A DNA stretch of 64,000 nt from an uncultured Desulfobacterales bacterium (GTDB taxonomy: Bacteria > Desulfobacterota > Desulfobacteria > Desulfobacterales > B30-G6): NCBI GenBank assembly GCA_964452555.1, contig CAYVMI010000006.1, positions 9,880-73,879 on the forward strand, given 5' to 3'. Of this stretch, positions 56,860 through 64,000 are shown piece after piece; the stretch's first letter is position 1; every line of letters begins with the position of its first letter. The notes beneath the pieces are model-generated. The model had not been told where the DNA came from, made no database searches, and saw only the letters and a list, made by a program, of their open reading frames with translations. The position numbers were made by a program, and so were the translations under genes.

Positions 56860-58167
56860 CTACGGTTTAGGATATGGATTCACATCAGCCAAATCTGGCC
56901 CTAGATAGGCGCGCTCATTCTCACCCAGAATACCCATGGCCAGGCACATGAGGGTCCAAATATGTACGGAATGGTACTTGCCTTCGAAATGTTCACCTAA
57001 ATCGTGAATTTGCGAATGACAGTTGTGACACGGGGTAATACAGTAATCTGCATTGGTTTCTACAATCTGTTCGAACTTTCTTTTCCCGTAATAACGACGC
57101 GCCTCCGGATACCCGGATTGCAGAAAGCCGCCGCCCCCGCCGCAGCAATAATTATTGGATCGGTTGGGGGCCATATCGACGAAGTTCTCTTCTCCTACAA
57201 TGGTTTTTACCACCATGCGAAGATCCTCGGCCACTGGATCGCCAAGCGACTTTCGAACCAACTGGCAGGGATCTTGAACCGTGAATGTTACCCCCAGGTC
57301 ATCATTCCAGCTGGAGTCAATGTTCAGTTTTCCCTCGCGTATCCACTGGGCATAATATTCGATGATCGATCTAACCTCGAAATTGTGTTCGATATTGAAT
57401 TTGTTCAGTCCGACCCGGACTGAGAAAAACTCATGACCTCACTCGGTGTTGAGCCAGACCTTGCACCCCAGGGCATCCACCGCCTCGGCTTTGATACGCA
57501 CGTTCTTTTCCCACTTCTCGTTATCGGCCAGAAACAAGCAATAATTTTCGGCGGCCCACCCCTTGGAGCCATAAGTCCAGTCAGCGCCAACCGTGTGCAA
57601 AATTTTCCATAACGGCACCATTTCATCCGGTTCCGTAACCGGTTCACGGGAGTTCTGGTTCAAGAAAAATTCAGCCCCGTGCTTGTCAATCGGCGCCTGC
57701 ATCTCCTTGAACTCAGGCTGTTCTTCCTGATACTCCTCCAACACGTCCTCAACGACGAATTGAAAATCCTCTACTGTCGCTCCCATGGCACTGCAGGTAT
57801 CATTTTTAAAGGCCATCTCACACGAGCCATGGATTCCCTTGGGTCGATCTTCCACGGGCCAGCGATTACGAACGTTGAAAACCAGGGCCGGGATATCGAT
57901 CTTCATGGGACAGGCAATGATACATCGCTGGCACATGGTACACATCCAGGCCCACTTCGAACTCAGCACCTCTTCATCCAGTCCCAGGGAGGCCATTCTT
58001 AAAAATTTACGCGGATCCATTTCCTCCAGCCCGGTTGCCGGGCACCCTGAGGAACACAACCCACAGGTCAAACAAAGATTTAAATTGCCCCCCTCGGGCA
58101 GGATTTTCATGACCTCTTCTTTGAATACGCTTTTCTTCTTATCTAACTTTAGAACCGGCAATGACAT
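56860..58167 (-). CDS. HdrD-like Fe-S oxidoreductase selenoprotein (2x4Fe-4S + Cys-rich CCG-type domains, UGA=Sec)
   Basis: ORFs 57439..58167 and 56860..57261 are in one frame. Read-through of the TGA at 57439-57441 plus 59 open codons gives 435 aa: CLTCGLCSSGCP, CTMCQRCIIACP, ...LNTE-U-GHEFF...DPCQL...NNYCCGGGGG...TPCHNCH. Confidence 0.8.
57406..57422 (-). promoter_or_regulatory. candidate SECIS stem-loop
   Basis: Perfect CAGUCCG-GGU-CGGACUG hairpin, or a 6-bp stem with a GGGUC loop, starting 17 nt after the UGA. Confidence 0.6.
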
Positions 58168-58243
58168 GTTTAACTCCTATCAATTTCAGCCAAATTTGAA
58201 CGGCTGTTACAGATCGACCTGGCATGCATCAAATCTGATTGGA

Positions 58244-58633
58244 TTACATGCCCAGCATCGAGCGAATGCTTTGGGAAATTTCCTCCGCCGAAGCAGGCTT
58301 GGCAATATAATCATCGGCCTCGGTGCTCATGCCGTCGGCGTGAGAATAACGGGTCGACGTGACATGCGATGCCACAGCAGTCAATAAAAGTACCGGGATT
58401 TCGCACAAATCGCCATCCGCTTTAAGTTCCTTGCACATTTCATATCCATCTTTTTCAGGCATCATAACATCAAGCACGATGGCATCGGGCGGATTGGCCT
58501 GGACTTTTTCCATGCCTTCCACCCCGTTATATGCCAGTTCAACTTCAAAGCCTTCCTTTTCCAGCTGCCCCTGAACGATGGAGCAGAAGTCAGGCTCATC
58601 ATCTACTACCAGAATTCTTTTTTTATCCGTCAT
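58244..58633 (-). CDS. receiver-only response regulator (CheY-like)
   Basis: ILVVDDEPD, IVLDVMMPEKDG and ADDYIAKP motifs. 129 aa with no output domain. Confidence 0.85.
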   Translation of the reverse strand: MTDKKRILVVDDEPDFCSIVQGQLEKEGFEVELAYNGVEGMEKVQANPPDAIVLDVMMPEKDGYEMCKELKADGDLCEIPVLLLTAVASHVTSTRYSHADGMSTEADDYIAKPASAEEISQSIRSMLGM

Positions 58634-58684
58634 GGTAAACCTCCTGTCTGTTCCAATACGACAATTATTACTCGGTTAAATGCT

Positions 58685-59614
58685 TCACACACTGGGCCGT
58701 GGATATAAGCCCGCTGCTTCCACGATTTCAGGGACCATTTCCTCCCACTCGATGGCCATGACGTGAAAGCCACTGACGCCTTCCACTTCTTTCAACCGCT
58801 GAATATCCTCAATACAGATCTTGACACCCTCCTCGGCCTGTTTTTCCTTGGGCGTATCCGCTAAACGTTTAACCAGCTCATCGGGTACATCCATGCCGGG
58901 GACGCGGTTCTTCATATACTTGGCCATGCCGGCCGATTTCATGGGTGTCATGCCAGCCAGGATATAGACCTGCTCATGCAAACCACGGTCCCGGGCCAGT
59001 TTCATCCATTCCTCAAATTTATCCAGGTTGTAGATACACTGGGTCTGAATAAATTCGGCCCCGGCCTTAATCTTCTTAGCCAATCTGGGCACCCGTATTT
59101 CAAATGGGTCGGCAAAGGGATTGGCTGCGGCTCCCACAAACATCTGCGGCGGTCGTTTGATCTCATCGCCACCCAAGAATTTGCCTTCATCCCGCATATG
59201 GCGAACGGTCTGAACCAGCTGCATGGAGTCTAGATCGTGCACATTCTGGCCCTGGGCGCAGTCACCAAAACTTTGATGATCGCCGGAGAGACACAGAATA
59301 TTGGCAATATCATAGGATGCCGCCCCTAAAATATCACTCTGCAAGGCAATCCGGTTACGATCGCGTGTCACCATTTGCAATACCGGCTCCAAGCCCATCA
59401 GCTTGATACGAATACAGGCCGCCAGGCTACACAGACGCGTAACAGATGTCTGGTTATCGGTGATATTGATGGCATCAACATGGTCTTTTATCAGCTCTGC
59501 TTTTTTAGTAATCGCATCCGGATCACTGCCACGCGGCGGACCACATTCCGATGTAACGGCCATTTGACCGGAAGCTAATACTTTTTCCAAGCGACTCGGC
59601 GTTTTTGTTTTCAT
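58685..59614 (-). CDS. metF: methylenetetrahydrofolate reductase
   Basis: INITDNQTS, QMVTRDRN and LCLSGDH motifs of the MTHFR TIM barrel. Its start overlaps the metV stop. Confidence 0.9.
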   Translation of the reverse strand: MKTKTPSRLEKVLASGQMAVTSECGPPRGSDPDAITKKAELIKDHVDAINITDNQTSVTRLCSLAACIRIKLMGLEPVLQMVTRDRNRIALQSDILGAASYDIANILCLSGDHQSFGDCAQGQNVHDLDSMQLVQTVRHMRDEGKFLGGDEIKRPPQMFVGAAANPFADPFEIRVPRLAKKIKAGAEFIQTQCIYNLDKFEEWMKLARDRGLHEQVYILAGMTPMKSAGMAKYMKNRVPGMDVPDELVKRLADTPKEKQAEEGVKICIEDIQRLKEVEGVSGFHVMAIEWEEMVPEIVEAAGLYPRPSV

Positions 59615-60279
59615 GACTGCACATCCTCCCTCACAACTTTTCGCGGTCCTCCCGCCCGGTCGGTGGACCAGTCTTTAATCGGACTCAGCTCTTCATATTC
59701 ATCGAATCTTTCCAGGGCTTTGAGACGCTCAACAATCAGTTGCCAAGCACACACAAGCTCTTTGCTGATTTCGCACATGCCGTTGGTGGACCCACCACAG
59801 GGTCCATTCATCACACGCTTGGCACAGCGTGAAACCGGACAGATACCACCCGTGCGGGATAAAATGCATTGCCCGCAACCCTGGCATCGTTCGGTCCAGA
59901 GTCCGCGTTCCTCGGTTGCGCCCATAAAACAGGTGTTGACACCCGGATAAACAGGCATGGCCAAATACTTTTCGGCTGTGAACTGAACGCCGACGCCACA
60001 GGCTATCGATACAATGGCATCGTACTGGTCAATATCATTGCGGATCTCCTCCAGGTACTCATGGTCGCATTGGCGTTCGAGCGTTCGCTCATCGACCTTC
60101 TTTTCTGTGCCCTTGTTCAGAAAATACATGCGCAATGCCGATGCCAGGATGCCAACCTCCTTTTTTCCGCCGGCCTCACATACTGTTACACACTCATTGC
60201 ATCCTAGTATCAGTATCTTTTGGTGATCCTTTATGTCCTCAATAATCTCTTCAATCGGCTTCTTGTCGGCGACAATCAT
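59611..60279 (-). CDS. metV: MetV-like protein (MTHFR C-terminal Cys-rich domain)
   Basis: Cys-rich LGCNECVTVCEAGG and CQGCGQCILSRTGGICPVSRCAKRVMNGPCGG, as in acetogen-type MetV. Confidence 0.8.
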   Translation of the reverse strand: MIVADKKPIEEIIEDIKDHQKILILGCNECVTVCEAGGKKEVGILASALRMYFLNKGTEKKVDERTLERQCDHEYLEEIRNDIDQYDAIVSIACGVGVQFTAEKYLAMPVYPGVNTCFMGATEERGLWTERCQGCGQCILSRTGGICPVSRCAKRVMNGPCGGSTNGMCEISKELVCAWQLIVERLKALERFDEYEELSPIKDWSTDRAGGPRKVVREDVQS

Positions 60280-60418
60280 AATTTTATCCTCTTAGCTTGG
60301 GTCTTTCCAAATTCGGTTTATGGTTTACATCGTAGCCTTTTTTTATTCTTTAAATCGCGGTCGCAAGCCAAGCGCCTTGCGGTTATCAGCCATGCCGGCC
60401 TATAATGGCGCTAGACCG

Positions 60419-60850
60419 TCAGGCCGCGTCCTTTTTGGGCAGTTTGATGGGATTGGGACCGAGTTCCTTGATTTTTTTGACCATGTCCACAGCCACTTCC
60501 GCAAACATGGGGCCTTCGCTGGACGCCATATTGAACATTTCCACCCGCTCGCCGCCCACACCCACTGTATCCAGTATCTGCTTGGCCTGTTCGATCCGTT
60601 TGCGGGCTCTAAAATTGCCACCGGTATAATGACAATCACCTTCCATACATCCCACGGCATAAACACCGTCGGCCCCCTTTTCAAAAGATTTGAGGATATG
60701 CAGTATATCCACCTTTCCGGTGCAGGGTACCCGGATAATCTTGATGTTCGTCGGATACGTCAGTCGCATGGAACCTGCCAGGTCCGCGGCCGTATACCCT
60801 CAGAAATTACAACAAAAGGCGATGATTATAGGCTCAAATGTTTGGCTCAT
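60419..60850 (-). CDS. mvhD: MvhD/FlpD-like selenoprotein (UGA=Sec in CNxC motif)
   Basis: The ATG at 60850 forms an ATGA overlap with the upstream stop. Read-through of the TGA at 60800-60802 gives MSQTFEPIIIAFCCNF-U-GYTAADLAGSMRLTYPTNIKIIRVPCTGKVD...GADGVYAVGCMEGDCHY. Confidence 0.8.
60770..60785 (-). promoter_or_regulatory. candidate SECIS stem-loop
   Basis: GGACC-UGGCA-GGU(U)CC: a 5-bp stem with one bulged U, starting 15 nt after the UGA. Hand-folded. Confidence 0.5.
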
Positions 60851-63800
60851 AGGACTCCCTCCAGCAAGGATTCTATCTTGCAAATCAATTGATCGTCTTC
60901 ATACCAGTTTAGCTCAATGGCCTTTGCCGGACATTCCGCTGCACACACTCCACACCCGTGGCACAAGGCCACATCAATCTCACTAACCCCATCGGCATTG
61001 ATCACGGGAACTTCATAGGGACAGGAGCGTACACAAATCAGGCAGGAAGCGCACATGTCCTGTTTGACCTCGGCCGTTATGGCGGACAAGGTCAGCTCCG
61101 ATTGGGACAGGAAGGTAATAGCCCGCGAAGCGGCTGCATTGGCTTGGGATATGGTTTCAGAAATCAGCTTGGGACTGTGAGCGGTGCCACATACAAAAAT
61201 GCCCTCCGTGGCCATATCGACAGGCCGTAGTTTCACATGGGCTTCCATGAAAAAGCCCTCCGGTCCCCGGGCCAGCTTTACAATCGAAGCAAGCTCGGCC
61301 GTGTCCTCCGGCACCATCCCCGCACTCAAGGCCAGCACATCGGCCGTAACCTGCAAAGGCCGATTCAGTACATGATCATGAAAGGTAACATTCACCCCAT
61401 TTTCTGAAGATTCCACCTGGGGTGGATTGTCGGGTGTATAGCGGAAGAACAAAATGCCCGCTTTGCGGGCTTCTTTATAATACTCCTCCAACAAGCCATA
61501 GGTCCGGATATCCCGATACAACACATAGATATTGGCATCCGGATGCTCTTCACGAATATGAAGGGCATTTTTGATGGCATTCTGACAGCAGATCCGTGAA
61601 CAATTGGGATTGTCATCATTGCGCGAACCCACGCACTGGATCATGACGACGGAGTTTAAAGAACCCGGTTCCAGTGTTTCCATATGGTGGGTCAGTTCCA
61701 CCTGGGTCATCACGCGATTATCTTCGCCATATAGGTATTCTTTAGGCTCATATTCCTTGGCGCCGGTGGCCAGGATTACGACCCCGTGTTCAATCTTGCG
61801 TTCGTACATACCGGGCCCCACCAAAACTTCGGTCGTGAAATTTCCCTTGAAACCGGAAAAGCCCACGATGAGGGATTGGGTCAGCACCTGGATGTTATCA
61901 TGTGCGCCAACCCGTTCACCGAGTTCTGTCAGGTAGGGTTGGATTTGGGCTCCTTCAATAGTGGCCTTCAGATTGTTGGCCATACCGCCCAGTTGATTCT
62001 CCTTTTCCACCAGAAACACTTCGTATCCCTGATCCGCTAAACCCAGGGCGGAATTCATGCCGGCAATACCACCGCCCACCACCAATGCCTTTTGGTTGAC
62101 CGGTATGGTTTTTTCACCCAAGGGATTGAGAGTGGCTGCCCGGGCCACGGCCATGCGGACCAGATCTTTTGATTTCTCCGTCGCCTCTGCAGCCTCTTTC
62201 GCATGCACCCAGGAACCTTGATTGCGGATATTGGCCATTTCAAAAAGATACTTATTAAGCCCGCATTCGCGCAGGGTGTCCATGAAAATGGCCTCATGGG
62301 TCTTGGGAGTACAGGCCGCCACCACAATCCGATTGAGATTCTGCTCCTTGATAATCTCTTTCATCTGGTCTTGTGAATCCTGGGAGCAGGTAAACAGGTT
62401 CTGGGTCACATAGGTGACAAAGGGCAGGGTCTGGGCATATTCCTCCACAGCGGCCACATCCACAACTCCGGATATGTTAATGCCGCAATTGCAAACGAAT
62501 ACACCGATACGGGGTTCTTCCTGACTGACGTCGATCTCTGCGGGTAGCTCTACTGTTCGGGTCAAAGTATTGCGGGCTGCAGCCAGGCGTGTTCCGGCGG
62601 CACATGCAGCTGCCGAAGCCTCCGAAACCGAGCTGGGTATGTCTTTGGCTTCCTGAAATGATCCGCTGACATAAATCCCCGGACGCGAGGTTTCCACCGG
62701 GGAAAACGGCTCAGTCACCGCGAAATTATATTGATCCATCTCGACTTCGAGACGTTTGGCCAGATCGATGGTCTGTTCCGACACTTGCAAGCCCACCGAG
62801 AGGACCACCATATCGAAAATTTCTTCTTGGAGTTCGCCGGCCTCATCGGCATAGCGGATGCGTAGATCCTTATTCTCACCGATCTCGTCAATGGTGTGGA
62901 CTCGCGCCTTGACGAATTTCACTCCTTCCTGGTCTTTGGCGCGGACATAGTACTTTTCAAAATCCTTTCCAAAGGTGCGGATATCCATATTAAAGATGGT
63001 GCAGTCCAGATCTTCTTTGGAATGTTCCTTGGCCACCATGGCATCCTTGATGGCGTACATGCAGCAGACCGATGAGCAGTAACCATTGCCGCATTGATTG
63101 CTGTCGCGGGAACCGATGCACTGCAACCAGGCGATCTTTTTGGGTTCGGTTTCGTCCGACGGCTTGATCAGGTGCCCCATGGTGGGACCCGATGCACTCA
63201 GCATGCGCTCGAATTCCAGACTCGTCATCACATTCGGATTGGTCCCGTAGTGATAATGCCTTTCTAAATGACCGGGATCATAAGGCCGGGCGCCCGTGGA
63301 CAGCACCACGGACCCCACGGGAATCTGTCTTTCTTCAAGCACCTGTTCATGTTCCACGGCACCCGCCAGACAAGCCTCAACACACTGATAACATTCCGAG
63401 CAAATACCGCAGGAAAGACAACGATCAGATTCCTTTTTTGAGATGGCCTCGTCAAACCCCAGCTGGACTTCGTTAAAATTTGAAATCCGATCCTCGACTG
63501 CCAGGGTCGGCATCTTTTCCTTGGGTTGAATAACAGCATTATCCAATGGTATGTCATCCACCGTTGCCCAATGTTTTTCGCGTCCGGCATCCAGTTCCTG
63601 TCCCTGTACAAAACGGTCGATGGATATGGCTGCCTGCTTCCCGGCTTCCACCGCTTCCACCACCGTGGCCGGGCCGGTCACGGCGTCACCGCCTGAAAAA
63701 ATGTCCGGATCGTTTGATTGGAGCGTTACCGGATCCACTTGCATGGTGCCCCAGTCACTTAAAGTACAGGCACACTCATCGGTCAGACAGGCCCAGTCGG

Positions 63801-64000
63801 TTTCCTGGCCGATGGCGGGAATGACCGTATCCACCTCCATGGTAAATTCAGAGCCCTCGATGGGGACCGGCCTGCGTCTGCCGCTGGCATCCGGCTTTCC
63901 CAGCTCCATCTTGATGCATTCAATCGCCTTGACCTTGCCGTTCTCACCGATCACACGAATCGGGGTGGTTAAGGTCATGATATCGATGCCTTCTTCAGCG
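60847..64000 (-). CDS. hdrA: GltD-like / HdrA-like fusion flavo-Fe-S oxidoreductase, 5' end beyond window
   Basis: The frame is open to the window edge. N-terminal visible part is MELGKPDASGRRRPVPIEGSEF...VIPAIGQ...GGDAVTG (GltD/NfnB-like). Then come CLSCGICSECYQCVEAC, two HdrA-type segments (LQCIGSRD...CSSVCCMYA and IQCVGSRN...CSRICCQNA), VVGGGIAGMNSA and C-terminal CASCLICVRSCP/CHGCGVCAAECP. Confidence 0.85.
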   Translation of the reverse strand, partial: AEEGIDIMTLTTPIRVIGENGKVKAIECIKMELGKPDASGRRRPVPIEGSEFTMEVDTVIPAIGQETDWACLTDECACTLSDWGTMQVDPVTLQSNDPDIFSGGDAVTGPATVVEAVEAGKQAAISIDRFVQGQELDAGREKHWATVDDIPLDNAVIQPKEKMPTLAVEDRISNFNEVQLGFDEAISKKESDRCLSCGICSECYQCVEACLAGAVEHEQVLEERQIPVGSVVLSTGARPYDPGHLERHYHYGTNPNVMTSLEFERMLSASGPTMGHLIKPSDETEPKKIAWLQCIGSRDSNQCGNGYCSSVCCMYAIKDAMVAKEHSKEDLDCTIFNMDIRTFGKDFEKYYVRAKDQEGVKFVKARVHTIDEIGENKDLRIRYADEAGELQEEIFDMVVLSVGLQVSEQTIDLAKRLEVEMDQYNFAVTEPFSPVETSRPGIYVSGSFQEAKDIPSSVSEASAAACAAGTRLAAARNTLTRTVELPAEIDVSQEEPRIGVFVCNCGINISGVVDVAAVEEYAQTLPFVTYVTQNLFTCSQDSQDQMKEIIKEQNLNRIVVAACTPKTHEAIFMDTLRECGLNKYLFEMANIRNQGSWVHAKEAAEATEKSKDLVRMAVARAATLNPLGEKTIPVNQKALVVGGGIAGMNSALGLADQGYEVFLVEKENQLGGMANNLKATIEGAQIQPYLTELGERVGAHDNIQVLTQSLIVGFSGFKGNFTTEVLVGPGMYERKIEHGVVILATGAKEYEPKEYLYGEDNRVMTQVELTHHMETLEPGSLNSVVMIQCVGSRNDDNPNCSRICCQNAIKNALHIREEHPDANIYVLYRDIRTYGLLEEYYKEARKAGILFFRYTPDNPPQVESSENGVNVTFHDHVLNRPLQVTADVLALSAGMVPEDTAELASIVKLARGPEGFFMEAHVKLRPVDMATEGIFVCGTAHSPKLISETISQANAAASRAITFLSQSELTLSAITAEVKQDMCASCLICVRSCPYEVPVINADGVSEIDVALCHGCGVCAAECPAKAIELNWYEDDQLICKIESLLEGVL

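Noticed and set aside
57785-58387. 200-aa plus-strand ORF, and similar antisense ORFs across 57004-64000
   Set aside because: They are antisense to the HdrD-like, response-regulator, metF, metV and hdrA-like genes, all of which have strong motif support.
23607-60850. Interpreting the four TGA-split gene pairs (24225, 46100, 57439, 60800) as pseudogenes or sequencing errors
   Set aside because: In all four the frame is preserved across the TGA. The TGA falls at a conserved Cys position of a recognisable fold, and a stem-loop follows within 7-17 nt. No comparable TAA/TAG-split genes were seen. Sec recoding is the simpler explanation, although it still needs sel genes elsewhere in the genome.
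1-64000. CRISPR arrays, rRNA, tRNA, integrase or transposase genes
   Set aside because: I saw no regularly spaced direct repeats and no tRNA T-arm consensus (GGTTCGAATCC-like) in intergenic regions. I also saw no rRNA-like stretches and no recombinase motifs by eye. A tRNAscan or Infernal run would be needed to be certain about small RNAs.

Overview
The gene content suggests a chromosome of an anaerobic, Desulfobacterales-type sulfate reducer. Supporting genes are a GltD-HdrA fusion, mvhD, metV and metF, plus rubrerythrin, many Fe-S proteins and several UGA-Sec genes. I count about 65 protein-coding genes, mostly on the minus strand. They are mainly housekeeping and accessory metabolism: hisC, lipA, lipB, rsgA, aroE, metF, crotonases, GNATs, hydrolases and transporters. 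I saw no rRNA, tRNA or CRISPR array. Main observations follow. (1) Four genes that the ORF track splits at an in-frame TGA read best as selenoproteins. In each, the TGA sits at a catalytic or cluster-type Cys position and a hairpin follows 7-17 nt downstream. They are a rhodanese fused to a ferritin-like domain (23607-24452), a CTP-synthase-C-terminal-like amidotransferase fold lacking the His/Glu triad partners (45674-46420), an HdrD-like Fe-S oxidoreductase (56860-58167) and MvhD (60419-60850). (2) The 3' end of the window holds a cluster in the order GltD/HdrA fusion, MvhD(Sec), MetV, MetF, receiver-only response regulator, HdrD-like(Sec). (3) At least four families of intergenic palindromic or MITE-like repeats are present. 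One donates the last 9 codons and the stop to two unrelated genes. Another forms long hairpins abutting the stop codons of minus-strand genes. (4) A visibly AT-rich island (about 36.4-38.8 kb) carries a PD-(D/E)xK-like nuclease gene and gene fragments. It lies next to a STAND/ORC-like ATPase whose 5' end and palindromic upstream site are duplicated. (5) An ECF sigma factor with a Cys-containing C-terminal extension is followed by one of two paralogous Cys-rich Fe-S proteins. Coordinates and starts come from hand inspection and the ORF track. Family assignments are motif-level recognition, not database searches.
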